IMG/VR virus record: IMGVR_UViG_3300042945_003044
Length of the DNA stretch: 64,000 nt
Origin: a virus
Reading direction: 5' to 3' (one strand)
Part shown: piece after piece, positions 1 through 10,114 of the stretch
How positions within the stretch are numbered: position 1 is the first letter of the stretch
Layout of the letters: the number at the start of each line of letters is the position of its first letter
The notes under the pieces: model-generated
Databases searched by the model: none
Seen by the model: only the letters and a program-made list of their open reading frames with translations
What the model was told of the DNA's origin: nothing
Position numbers and translations under genes: made by a program

Positions 1-3000
1 AACGCTAATCCTGATCCTAGTACCAGGCGACTATATTTATTAAACAGAGACTATATTGAAGACTATACTTATAATTATAGTATAACATTTTCGGATAATA
101 CTTCTTTGGATATGGGTGGTAATCCTAATAAAATCAACAGTGAAGTTTTATTTAAGAATAATCAAACATATACTCAAAACCACAAGATTAAGCCCACGCT
201 CACTCCTAATGGGTACGACGATGCTGCGTGTTCGATATATAGGTCTTCAATGGTTAAGAACGGACTTATTCCCAAAGAAGCCTGCCTGCATAAATTTAAT
301 GGCTTACCACTCAAAGACACAACGTTTGCGCTTTATGTAGGAATATGGGACTATGAAGACAATTTTATTGTAAGAGATATGAATCCATGGAATGCTACTT
401 TGCTGGGTATGAAAGGGGTCACAGATAAAGTAAAACCAGGTATATTAAGCAATGCCTTGTGTTCTTGGGATCTCATAATACATACAGATAAGACTACTAG
501 ATCAGAGCCAACTGATCCCATTGGTCTATTTGATCGTAAAAATCAAGACCCAACTTTTACCAACGGCAGCAGTTTTATAGCAAATTTCAAGGACCGCAAA
601 CATCTTATTCCACAAGTAAATTTAAATGCTCCATATAATTATCTTGATAATTCGAATTTTTGTGCTTATAAAGAACCAGAATTAACCACGGCTACGAGAT
701 TTAATATGGTGGAATTCCCCACCTGGGCAATATTACAGATTATAACAGCCATGACGCCAGTCTATGGTGGTGGCGGTTCGGTTTTTACTGGAGATCCTAG
801 TACTGGGTATGGTGCTATTTATGATTTTTTTGCTCAAAATAGAGCCTCTAATCTTACAGAAATACAACAACGTAAAACACAAGTAGGAAGATATTCTAGA
901 CGACCATTTGGGGCCTCAGACAAAGCGCTCGTGGCGATTAGTAACGACGGTAATGTTTGGTATAAAACAGAACTACCTATTTTTAGATACGACAACTGCC
1001 ATACTCTGCAAAATAATCAGTATTCATATATTAAGCTCAAAAAAAATAATATACCTTTTTTATCTCATTTTGATTTTCAGTTCTTCGCAGAATCTGACGC
1101 AGAGTTTTTACCTAGCGCCTCCGACTGGGCCGACAGCCTATTCAAGCACAAGTATATTGTTGATAATGCGGTGGTTGGGTTTAGTGGAGGCTTTACCTCT
1201 ACAGATTTAATAGGGAATAAGTCTGTTATAAAGATCTATGGCCCAAGGGCGTATTATCTTTTTGACACTAATGATACCATTAGTATTTCTAGTCCCACGA
1301 CAACAGACGCAAACAGAATGGTTAATAGAACAATAGCTTCTAAAGCTTTAATATCTATTAACAATAAAGAATACACGGTATTTAAACTCAATACTAACAT
1401 AAATGATGCATCGTATTTTACTAAACCAGAAGACAATCAAGACACCTTGATCATTTTTAAAAATGACTATACTACGATAGGGGGTGCAACTCCTATCAAT
1501 ATATGGGGCTTAGAGAAATCTCAGACACCAAGAAAAACACCAGATAGACACTTTAGCGCATTTGGAGAGGGCTCATATGGTAGAGGAGTAGAGAATATTA
1601 GGGAAAATACTTTGTCTTATTTATTCGATCAGAATCATATAGAACCTATTTATGAAAATATTAATCATAAACATAAATTTTTATTTAGATTTGATTCTAT
1701 AAAAGTCAATAATTTAGATATCAATTTAGAAAATATTGCGTCTCCTACACGCAATAACACTATAAGGGGCTTTCCTTGGTCAATAGATACTGAACAAAGA
1801 GGATTACTTAAGCAGTATGTTTTACTGGGTAAACCGTCACCACAACTACTGCAACAGATAGATAACCTGAAAAAACAGAAAGAGACCGCTAGAAAAAACA
1901 TTACAGACGAAGACGCTTTAAAAGCAAGATTACACGCTATTGATGCTTCTATACCAGTGTCGCAAGTTGAAATAATGTTTATTCCAGATCTTAAAGCATA
2001 TATCTCTTTTCTAGAGCCAGATTTGGAAGATTGCGACCCGTGCTTAAAAGATAGTGCGGAAAAACTTTTAAAAATTAAAGAGGAGCAAATAGCTCCATTT
2101 TACAAATTTAACACCTCTTATGCCTTTATAGATCTAAGACTAGATAGATTTAAAAGTAGTTCGGAAGTACCGGATACTGGAACCATATCTATAGCTAATG
2201 ATTTTATTTTTAATCAGCCTCAAAATAAGCTAGATGCGAATACAATTAATACTATAAATACTAGAATAGCTTTTTTAACAACTAAATCTCAAGCGTTTGA
2301 AAATAGACTCAATATAGCAAAAGAGGAGGATTCTTTTCCTACAAATATAACACTAACCGAACTAAAAGCGCTATCTATTCCTGATTTGGGGTCATATCTG
2401 GCTTTATTGTCTAGTGAAGATGAGCCGACTAGTTGCTTGACCCCAAATTATGTAGAAGAAGATTGTCGTATAGGGTTTACTTCCAGACTAATACAAAAAA
2501 GACACGAAGAGCTACAAACATTGACTAGGTTGAGAGATACCAATAATCTTTATACCGAGGGAATATTACCGGTAATACAAAGGTCTGTGACGACTGGTGC
2601 CGATGGAGAATTAACCGAACAAATTTCTTATAATACAGATTATTTTTGGGTGCATATAGACCCAGATCAAAAGTGTTCACTAGCAACAGATATGACAACT
2701 AAAATTATGAAAGAAGTAAAATATAATTGTATACCTAATAGCGCAAATATTAATGGAGTAGGTATATTAGGAAAAGAAAATCAACAAGTATGCCCGGAAA
2801 CCGCTTCTATAACTGGCGGGGACGAGGATGTAAGCTCTGAAGGCCCTGGTAAAACTATATACTCCTTAACTGGTGGCAGAAGCAGGGATTTGGCTGCGGC
2901 ACCAGGGGTATCAAGCTGGCAAGAGATACAAATTGGTAGCACGGATATTACATTTACAGAAAGATATATGTGGCTCAATGGCGGAGAGGGAGATTCCTCT

Positions 3001-3483
3001 CATTTAGATACATTGGTTGCTATTTTCGAGAAATACGATATACCCAGCAACGCTAGAAAACCAAGAACAGAGGTTCGTCTTGGCGACGTTATAGACGTTA
3101 ATAATGCAGATAATATTAAAATTAGATTTATACGTATTCCTAGAAAATATAAAGAATATGATCAGCATTATGATAGATATCAGCCTAATTGGTTAGGACA
3201 ATTAGGTAAAACCACGCCCGGCAGAGGATTGGGAGGAGAAACGCAGTGGGGGTTTGATTGCTGGGTATGTTTAGATAAAAATACTGGTAGATATGTTAAC
3301 CCACCAGATGGATACAAAATGCAGAATGAAATGATTTATAGGGCATTTTTTGGTAGCGTAGACGGAGTAGAAAACAAGAATAGTATTATGACAGAAACCA
3401 AGGAGCCTTGGGAGTGGATTCCATATGAATATGATGCCACAGATCCTCCGCAGGCCCCGGCTTCGCCACCAGCAAATGGTTAA
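1..3483 (+). CDS. Very large protein, 5'-truncated; probable virion structural/tail-associated protein
   Basis: Frame is open from base 1 (no stop before the TTG at 106), >1160 aa, Asn/Thr/Asp-rich, no enzyme motif recognised. Confidence 0.5.
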   Translation, partial: NANPDPSTRRLYLLNRDYIEDYTYNYSITFSDNTSLDMGGNPNKINSEVLFKNNQTYTQNHKIKPTLTPNGYDDAACSIYRSSMVKNGLIPKEACLHKFNGLPLKDTTFALYVGIWDYEDNFIVRDMNPWNATLLGMKGVTDKVKPGILSNALCSWDLIIHTDKTTRSEPTDPIGLFDRKNQDPTFTNGSSFIANFKDRKHLIPQVNLNAPYNYLDNSNFCAYKEPELTTATRFNMVEFPTWAILQIITAMTPVYGGGGSVFTGDPSTGYGAIYDFFAQNRASNLTEIQQRKTQVGRYSRRPFGASDKALVAISNDGNVWYKTELPIFRYDNCHTLQNNQYSYIKLKKNNIPFLSHFDFQFFAESDAEFLPSASDWADSLFKHKYIVDNAVVGFSGGFTSTDLIGNKSVIKIYGPRAYYLFDTNDTISISSPTTTDANRMVNRTIASKALISINNKEYTVFKLNTNINDASYFTKPEDNQDTLIIFKNDYTTIGGATPINIWGLEKSQTPRKTPDRHFSAFGEGSYGRGVENIRENTLSYLFDQNHIEPIYENINHKHKFLFRFDSIKVNNLDINLENIASPTRNNTIRGFPWSIDTEQRGLLKQYVLLGKPSPQLLQQIDNLKKQKETARKNITDEDALKARLHAIDASIPVSQVEIMFIPDLKAYISFLEPDLEDCDPCLKDSAEKLLKIKEEQIAPFYKFNTSYAFIDLRLDRFKSSSEVPDTGTISIANDFIFNQPQNKLDANTINTINTRIAFLTTKSQAFENRLNIAKEEDSFPTNITLTELKALSIPDLGSYLALLSSEDEPTSCLTPNYVEEDCRIGFTSRLIQKRHEELQTLTRLRDTNNLYTEGILPVIQRSVTTGADGELTEQISYNTDYFWVHIDPDQKCSLATDMTTKIMKEVKYNCIPNSANINGVGILGKENQQVCPETASITGGDEDVSSEGPGKTIYSLTGGRSRDLAAAPGVSSWQEIQIGSTDITFTERYMWLNGGEGDSSHLDTLVAIFEKYDIPSNARKPRTEVRLGDVIDVNNADNIKIRFIRIPRKYKEYDQHYDRYQPNWLGQLGKTTPGRGLGGETQWGFDCWVCLDKNTGRYVNPPDGYKMQNEMIYRAFFGSVDGVENKNSIMTETKEPWEWIPYEYDATDPPQAPASPPANG

Positions 3484-3495
3484 ATTTCAATAAAA

Positions 3496-3834
3496 CTATT
3501 TTTTAGTTTTTTGAGACTCTTCTTTTTGGTATTTGTGCCACCCCTTATTTGGCAACCAATTGCCGTCATCATCTTTTCTTTTGGGAAATAGGGTGCCTCC
3601 CTTTTTGTGCTGTCCGAATGCTAGAATTGCTCCACAATCAGCACATCTTAATTCATAGTAATCGTTGCCTTCCACAGAACGTACTATGAATCTTAGGTTG
3701 GTGCTTTGACACAAGCCGCACTTCTCTTCCGAAAAGATTTCTTGTATCAGTGCTAGCTCTTTGAAGATTTCTTTTTGTCCCGCTCCCTCAAGCTCGAACT
3801 GTAGTTTATCGCTTGCTTTATATATAACTTTCAT
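3496..3834 (-). CDS. Hypothetical zinc-ribbon protein
   Basis: CGLC...CADC pairs; ATG at 3834 lies just after the upstream gene's stop. Confidence 0.65.
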   Translation of the reverse strand: MKVIYKASDKLQFELEGAGQKEIFKELALIQEIFSEEKCGLCQSTNLRFIVRSVEGNDYYELRCADCGAILAFGQHKKGGTLFPKRKDDDGNWLPNKGWHKYQKEESQKTKK

Positions 3835-3835
3835 A

Positions 3836-4576
3836 TTATTCTTTCCATGTTGTAGCATAGCCGAATAGGTCTTGTGTGATCAAGGATATATCCTGCTGAT
3901 ACTTTGATAACATTCTAATTAATTTAACAGCATCTTCGTGAGGCATATCATAGACATTATCGTATTTTATGCCATTTGACTCTAATACTTTTGATACGTT
4001 TATATTAAGCCTTTGGGCCATAACGTCAACAAAATTAATTTGATTATTTGTTATTTTTGAAACAGTATTACTATCGGGATGATCCTCTATTTCTTGAGCT
4101 AATTCTTCAGCTGCTACCACCTTTCTTAATCTTAGGGCTCTTCTAAGCGCCCTACCTTCTGCCCTGGTTTCGGCTACGGCCACAGGATGATTACGGTAGA
4201 TCTTGTCGCAATTGCCCCAATAAACGTCTGCGGCGCCGTCTACACAGACAGTATTTAAATCTGGCTTGTCCTGGTGGCCAGGATTTAAAACGTATGTTAG
4301 AGAGTGTACCACGGTAGCCCTTTTCTCATTGTCTGGACTCGGGGATTGTACCACCTGTGTATTAGAAGATATTATTTTACAGCTCATCGCTTCTTCAAAT
4401 ACTCTACGTAATCCGTCGGTGGTAGGGTTGCCGCTTATTTTTTCATCATCAGACAAAAGGCCTAATACATATTCGGTCCATTCCAGATCTCCTATGGATG
4501 GTTTTTTGACCACATTTTCTTGGACAGCGGTTTTTTCTTCTGTATGAACAGAGTCGTTTTTTTTATTCTTACTCAT
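3836..4576 (-). CDS. Rad52/Sak-like ssDNA annealing protein (putative)
   Basis: AVAETRAEGRALRRALRL helix motif typical of phage Rad52-fold annealases. Confidence 0.5.
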   Translation of the reverse strand: MSKNKKNDSVHTEEKTAVQENVVKKPSIGDLEWTEYVLGLLSDDEKISGNPTTDGLRRVFEEAMSCKIISSNTQVVQSPSPDNEKRATVVHSLTYVLNPGHQDKPDLNTVCVDGAADVYWGNCDKIYRNHPVAVAETRAEGRALRRALRLRKVVAAEELAQEIEDHPDSNTVSKITNNQINFVDVMAQRLNINVSKVLESNGIKYDNVYDMPHEDAVKLIRMLSKYQQDISLITQDLFGYATTWKE

Positions 4577-5381
4577 GAGTGTCCTTTATTGCTATAATTC
4601 TATCTTCTATACTTGGAAATTTGTTATCAATACTTTTTAAGATTTTTTCTAAAGCCTCGCACACAAGATTGGCTCTAGTTTTTGAAAAATCTTTGGTTTG
4701 CTTTATCCTAATTAATACGTATCCTTTTCCTATTAGGAGTCCTTCTTTTTTTTGATCGTATTTTATATTTTTAGCCAAAGTTTCTTCGCCCCAAACCGGT
4801 TGAAAATGAGAAGGGCCGTCAACCTCTATTGCTGTGTTCATAGTAGGTAGAAAAAGATCGATCTGCAACTTTGTGTTTGACAAAACTTGTTCTTTGTGAA
4901 AATCAACACGCCAGCCTTTACCAATAAGATATTCTAAAATATGGTTTTCTAATTTGGAACCCCTCTTACTAGACAACCTAACTGCCTCATTAGCTTTTTT
5001 AATCATATTGCTTTTTTTGTCATCAGATAAGTTTTCCCACTGGTCTTTTTTTTGTTTGATAATTTTTTGTTTAGATATATCGTCCATTCCTTCCCAAGAC
5101 TTTATTAGACCCATTCCTATTTTTGACTTAGTTGTTTCTGATCTAGATGTTCCTAGGGTTGGGTGTTTATGCTTACCTGTCTGTAATGCGTTTTGTTGAG
5201 CGGCAGATTTATCTCTAATTTTAATACCTAGTTTTTTTGCATCTCTACGCACCTTATTTGCGTATGTACCTAATTGTTCCGCAACATCAGCAAAGCTTTT
5301 TTGTTTTTTGATATATAAATCAGTTATTAGCTTTTTTTTATCGCTGTCCGATAAAGAACTATAAGATTTTGCATAACTCAT
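4569..5381 (-). CDS. DUF559/Vsr-like endonuclease with N-terminal HTH and NUMOD3-like basic region (homing-endonuclease-like)
   Basis: SKLE...IDLFLP...AIEVDGPSH...D..K...GY..IRI motif; SETTKSKIG basic motif. Confidence 0.7.
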   Translation of the reverse strand: MSYAKSYSSLSDSDKKKLITDLYIKKQKSFADVAEQLGTYANKVRRDAKKLGIKIRDKSAAQQNALQTGKHKHPTLGTSRSETTKSKIGMGLIKSWEGMDDISKQKIIKQKKDQWENLSDDKKSNMIKKANEAVRLSSKRGSKLENHILEYLIGKGWRVDFHKEQVLSNTKLQIDLFLPTMNTAIEVDGPSHFQPVWGEETLAKNIKYDQKKEGLLIGKGYVLIRIKQTKDFSKTRANLVCEALEKILKSIDNKFPSIEDRIIAIKDTHE

Positions 5382-5814
5382 TTGGATTAAGATCTCCTAA
5401 TACTGCGGTTGGATTTTTCCATATATTACTATATATAGTAGCTATGTCCGGGGTTTGTGCTATAATTTTTACCCTATCATTTTCTAGTAGTTCAGACCAA
5501 AAACTAAATTTTGTAGAGGTATCGGTCATCCACGGAATATTTTGCGCATAATAATATATATTTTTAGCGCAATATGAGGACACTGATATCATTAAACCTA
5601 CTATGTCAAAAACAAATAAATCTCCTCGAAAAAATTTCGCTTGATTTATATGTAATACTGGAATATTTTTTGTGTCTATATTATTATAGCTATTAAATAT
5701 TAGAATATTTAAATCTGGTCGCACGTTCATAAGATGACGCAATGATTCTATTATTTCCTCGGATTGACGACCATCTAAATGTAATAATACAAAACCTATT
5801 ATATTTTTATTCAT
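5359..5814 (-). CDS. Hypothetical protein, possibly a degenerate glycosyltransferase domain
   Basis: 151 aa alpha/beta pattern, coupled to GT-like neighbours. Confidence 0.4.
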   Translation of the reverse strand: MNKNIIGFVLLHLDGRQSEEIIESLRHLMNVRPDLNILIFNSYNNIDTKNIPVLHINQAKFFRGDLFVFDIVGLMISVSSYCAKNIYYYAQNIPWMTDTSTKFSFWSELLENDRVKIIAQTPDIATIYSNIWKNPTAVLGDLNPNELCKIL

Positions 5815-6527
5815 AGTAAAAACTCTATAAATTTAGAGATATCGGCACCACCTTTATATAGATTTTTATCAATAGGTTGCATATTTTTATGGTCTAAGAC
5901 CGTAATTCCACATGCAATCGCCTCATATATATAACTGTCATTTATATTAAGAAAATACTTATAAGTTTGTAATATATTAGCTTTTTCATGTTCTGATATT
6001 ATTCCAACATTATATGTATTTGCTATATCGGGGTTATCAAATAGTCTAATCATGGTTTCTTTTTTAGAGTCAGAAAGCATAAGATATTTTGTTAGATTAA
6101 ACGGAATCTCTGATACTTCCCCAAGAAAACCGGCCATGATATTGCTTCTAGGAGTATTGGATGATCTATCAAAGAATATGTGGTTATTTATATATTTTTG
6201 AATATTCACGCATCCAGGATTATCTGTCTCCTGATTCAATAGATGGGTGACCTTATTATTGATTTGCTCTACTAATACGAGGTCTGCATTATGATGGTAT
6301 AGAAAAATTTTTATCTTGTCAGATTCAGCGTACTCCTCTATAAACATCATAACAGTGTCGTCTATAGTTTTTGTGTCTATAATATAGTTTGGAATACCAC
6401 TATAAGGATATTTAAAAATATTGTCATTGCTTATCGCAAAATGCGATTCAATCTTACAAAGCTTAAGATTCTCTATAAATCTATACTTTAATTGCGAACT
6501 ATCTATACAAAAATAACATTTTTTCAT
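5811..6527 (-). CDS. Degenerate GT-B glycosyltransferase-like protein
   Basis: C-terminal YIYEAIACGITVL resembles the GT4 EAMACG motif. Confidence 0.5.
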   Translation of the reverse strand: MKKCYFCIDSSQLKYRFIENLKLCKIESHFAISNDNIFKYPYSGIPNYIIDTKTIDDTVMMFIEEYAESDKIKIFLYHHNADLVLVEQINNKVTHLLNQETDNPGCVNIQKYINNHIFFDRSSNTPRSNIMAGFLGEVSEIPFNLTKYLMLSDSKKETMIRLFDNPDIANTYNVGIISEHEKANILQTYKYFLNINDSYIYEAIACGITVLDHKNMQPIDKNLYKGGADISKFIEFLL

Positions 6528-7204
6528 ATTGAGGAAAATCTTTTTGCCTTAAGAATGTCTTTATGTGACCCTACTTTAAATATATTTTTTTTGTCTATTA
6601 CATTAGTGGAAAACTCTATATTTTGATCTATTAGTTTGTTGATAAGTTCAAAAAGATACAGTTGCCCAAAAACATTTTTATTTAAAAGCCGCATATTGTC
6701 GATACTCTTTTCATCTAAGAATACGCATTCTGACCAAGTGTGTGGTAGGTCATAGAAGATATATTTGGCCGCTTGTGTACCAAGACTTCCTAAACTAAAG
6801 TTTTCTTTTTGATTATTCAGATAATATAAGGTTGATTTATCACTGGTTTTTATTTTTGGATACTCTTTAAAAAGTATGCCGCTACCAACAATAAATAAGT
6901 TTTTAATGTCTGATAAATACTGTATTGCTGTTAATATAGCATGAGTTTGATTAGATTTAGCATAGTATGGGTCAACGATAGAAGTGACGGATTTATGTTT
7001 ATTATTTAGATATTTTCTTACCTTTTCGTTTTCGAACCCTGTTAATACGCTAATTCTAGCGTGCTTAAATTGTGACTTAGCTTTGGATAGCTGATAGTCT
7101 AGCACAGACATATTGTTATTCAGTGATAGCAGACATTTTGGCCCTATAGATTTCATACCCTTAGTAATCTCAGAAGCTAAAAATAAAATATTTACATCAC
7201 TCAT
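6524..7204 (-). CDS. Nucleotidyltransferase-like protein (NTP_transferase/LicC-like fold), degenerate
   Basis: ILFLASEITKGMKSIGPKCLL resembles IILAAGxGxRM...PKxLL; VLTGFENEKV; canonical GxGxR and GD motifs altered. Confidence 0.6.
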   Translation of the reverse strand: MSDVNILFLASEITKGMKSIGPKCLLSLNNNMSVLDYQLSKAKSQFKHARISVLTGFENEKVRKYLNNKHKSVTSIVDPYYAKSNQTHAILTAIQYLSDIKNLFIVGSGILFKEYPKIKTSDKSTLYYLNNQKENFSLGSLGTQAAKYIFYDLPHTWSECVFLDEKSIDNMRLLNKNVFGQLYLFELINKLIDQNIEFSTNVIDKKNIFKVGSHKDILKAKRFSSI

Positions 7205-7952
7205 AATATACTACTCTGGGATTTTCATACTTATTGACAGCTTTTTCTAAAGAAGCATATCCATCTTTTATAAAAACATAGTATTCAAAAGGTAAGAATA
7301 GTCCATAAATATCTTTTATAGTCATTGAGTTATGGGTAATAAAATCGCAATCTGGTTGGTAAATATGTAGAATCTCTTTAATAGAAGATATAGACTTATT
7401 AAGATCTGGTATATTGTCTATTTTCCAAATCCAAAAATATTGGGTATTATTCCTTCTCATATTTGTATCTAATATCATATTGAGCACTTGGCCTATTTCG
7501 CCCTTCTCAAATATGCAGTGTATCTTATATCCATATTTTCTATTGGCATCGGATTCTATAAGGTCTATATACTTCTTAGCATCTTCATCATTATCGACAA
7601 TAATAGATAGGTATCCAGGACAGCCATCTTCTGTGTTTATTTTATTAATAAGAGAGTTATCGAAAGAGACTCCTCTAGCGTCAACAACCAGATAATATCG
7701 TAATTTAAGTCTCTCTAGTAGTTTATTTTTAAGGTCCATACCCTTGATATGTTCTTGATTGCTGTCATAAGCAGATTTAGAGAAACCATATCGACACAAA
7801 TAGTTATTTATTTTGTAATACCCGTGTTCTATGCTAATGTCTTTTTCTTTTATGTTTTTTATCTTATCCACAATACCGAATTCGCATTTTGGCTCGTGGT
7901 CTTGTGCAGCGGGCGACGAAAAAATACAGTTTTTGCAGTTGGTGTCTTTCAT
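7197..7952 (-). CDS. Hypothetical protein with N-terminal Cys cluster and possible GT-A-like remnant
   Basis: CKNC..C..C N-terminus; located within the GT-like cluster. Confidence 0.4.
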   Translation of the reverse strand: MKDTNCKNCIFSSPAAQDHEPKCEFGIVDKIKNIKEKDISIEHGYYKINNYLCRYGFSKSAYDSNQEHIKGMDLKNKLLERLKLRYYLVVDARGVSFDNSLINKINTEDGCPGYLSIIVDNDEDAKKYIDLIESDANRKYGYKIHCIFEKGEIGQVLNMILDTNMRRNNTQYFWIWKIDNIPDLNKSISSIKEILHIYQPDCDFITHNSMTIKDIYGLFLPFEYYVFIKDGYASLEKAVNKYENPRVVYYE

Positions 7953-7953
7953 G

Positions 7954-8367
7954 TTAAACGGCTATTCTTTCTATAGTTATGTTTAATATAAATTGTTCTT
8001 TGTTGATATTTTTAAGCGTAATATCTGTATTGCTTTTTAATACTGATATAAAATATGAGATATCAAAGCTGAATCCTTTATTATCCTCTATGATATTAAG
8101 GAATTCTGTTTCCTCTACAGCCCCAGATAAATAGTGTTTAGCCAAATCTTTCATATCTAATATGTTAAAAGACAGTACTCCATTTAAACAAAGCTTTTTG
8201 GATAGTTTTAGTATAGTTTCGTATACGGACTCATCGATATTCATGAGAACGCCTGGAGATTGTATTTCTATCTCTTGAGCATAATAATTGGGTATCTGCG
8301 CGCTTTGCTCTATGGTTATGGAGTTGGTATCGTTTGGTACGTGTGATATTATAAATGATTTGATCAT
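7954..8367 (-). CDS. Degenerate class I methyltransferase-like protein
   Basis: LSKKLCLNGVLSFNILD resembles RVLKPGGxLxIxVPD; no GxG SAM-binding motif. Confidence 0.4.
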   Translation of the reverse strand: MIKSFIISHVPNDTNSITIEQSAQIPNYYAQEIEIQSPGVLMNIDESVYETILKLSKKLCLNGVLSFNILDMKDLAKHYLSGAVEETEFLNIIEDNKGFSFDISYFISVLKSNTDITLKNINKEQFILNITIERIAV

Positions 8368-9137
8368 AAAATGAATGGTGTTGATACGACGTGATTAATA
8401 TGAGACATTAAGCGATCCACAAACTTATCAAAATTATACAAGTTATCGAATTCATTCATGTTGTCTTCGCGAGCATGCTCTGAATAAATAAGATCATGTA
8501 TTTTATTGTCTTCTATAAGTCTGAGATATTTGTTTTTAGCGAACTGATTCTTGAAGGTTATTGGTAGGCAGCCGGCTCGATAGCCCGCTAAAAGATCTAT
8601 CTTATTGGTGTTATTTAATAAGACCTTATACTGACTTAAGAAACCATATATCTCTTGTATATCTCTATTATAAAAGATTTTTGGGTCTATAGCATCATAT
8701 TTAATATTCTGAGAATCCAAGAACCTAATTATCATTTCTGTGTGATAAGGATCCTTATCTCTGATGTATAATAATGTTTTATTTTGAATAGACAATGGCT
8801 TTATTGGTTTTGGTAGACCATAAGAGTCATCCGCTAAATTAAATTGGTATACATGCTCACAATTTTCTGATTCGTCTTCGATTTCTGAGATACGTAGATT
8901 AACAATATTAGTATGAAAATATTTAGCGATTTCATTTTCTTTTCCACTATATGCGTTATCGTACAACAGTACGCATGAAGCCCCGCACGTAATGTCTGAT
9001 TCATATAGAGTTAGAGTCATGCCCGGTATTGAGCCGAGTATGCTGTCCATTACAGAGCCATGGGGATAGTATACTATCCTATGATTTTTTGTGCCTTTGA
9101 TGGCGGTTCTTGCTATATTAGATAGTTTATAGTTCAT
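8364..9137 (-). CDS. Hypothetical protein, possibly degenerate GT-B fold
   Basis: YKVLLNNT...LLAGYRAGCLPIT resembles a GT4 C-terminal motif. Confidence 0.4.
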   Translation of the reverse strand: MNYKLSNIARTAIKGTKNHRIVYYPHGSVMDSILGSIPGMTLTLYESDITCGASCVLLYDNAYSGKENEIAKYFHTNIVNLRISEIEDESENCEHVYQFNLADDSYGLPKPIKPLSIQNKTLLYIRDKDPYHTEMIIRFLDSQNIKYDAIDPKIFYNRDIQEIYGFLSQYKVLLNNTNKIDLLAGYRAGCLPITFKNQFAKNKYLRLIEDNKIHDLIYSEHAREDNMNEFDNLYNFDKFVDRLMSHINHVVSTPFIL

Positions 9138-10114
9138 ATAATAGCACTCTTAATCAATTTAGATAAATTTATGATAGATATACTTCGTCTTTTCATTTGA
9201 TATGAATATGAAGCCAATTCGGTTTTCATAGGAACCGCTATATCTGAGTAATCATCAAGACTTATAACTGTATTTCCGCATAGTCTAGCATAAGTTTCTT
9301 GCAAGTATAGAGTATTTTTTTCATTTAGAGATAAATATATATCACAAGATTTATGTGCTGCTATTATTTCTGATTCTGTAAATTGTTTAAAAATAAAAAT
9401 TTCTTTTCCATATTCTGTTGGAAGGCCAAATTCTGAACGCATATTTTTAATATTGTTTTCTAATAGCTCTATATTAGGAGCATTATAATAATCTAAAAAG
9501 AATACGCAAACAGCTCCAAACGGACGTTCAGATATGCTAGAGTATAAAGAAAAAATTATTTTTTTGATAATGCCCTCATCTTCATCAAAATTACCTATAA
9601 AATACAGTTTCTTTGTATGATGATAGTTATCGAAAACGTACTTATTATTAGTATAATTAATCAAATTATTCTTATCTACCCCTGTGTCTAATATAGATAT
9701 TTTATCGGCTAGATCGGGACAATAAGTTGTTATGGTGGAAGCCTCTTTTTTTGATTGGACCACTATATTATCAAAGAAACGTAAAATATCTAGAGAACTG
9801 GATGATATTCCAAAATCTTCTATATTTTCTATTATTGGAAATACATGATGTTGAGAAGCTACGTCAGGCATATATTGTATGTGTTCTAACGGCAGATGCT
9901 GTACACATATATCGTATTGATTTTGTGCTATACTTGTTTTTTCAGTAATAAATTCTATTTTTTTCGGTAAAATTCTGTGCAATGATGATAGATATACTGG
10001 TCTAGATACCACATCCTCAGTACCATATCGCTTAGCCAACTGGCTAATATACAATCTAGATACCTGTCCCAGAGTATCGGTATTTCTATAAGGACCTATA
10101 AATAAAATACTCAT
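9134..10114 (-). CDS. GT4-like glycosyltransferase, divergent
   Basis: N-terminus ILFIGPYRNTDTLGQVSR parallels 42358-43419; AHKSCDIYLSL; the EGF/EA motif is degraded. Confidence 0.55.
   Translation of the reverse strand: MSILFIGPYRNTDTLGQVSRLYISQLAKRYGTEDVVSRPVYLSSLHRILPKKIEFITEKTSIAQNQYDICVQHLPLEHIQYMPDVASQHHVFPIIENIEDFGISSSSLDILRFFDNIVVQSKKEASTITTYCPDLADKISILDTGVDKNNLINYTNNKYVFDNYHHTKKLYFIGNFDEDEGIIKKIIFSLYSSISERPFGAVCVFFLDYYNAPNIELLENNIKNMRSEFGLPTEYGKEIFIFKQFTESEIIAAHKSCDIYLSLNEKNTLYLQETYARLCGNTVISLDDYSDIAVPMKTELASYSYQMKRRSISIINLSKLIKSAII

Noticed and set aside
116-2978. Short ORFs nested in or antisense to long genes, here and across the window
   Set aside because: No motifs or SD; typical shadow ORFs
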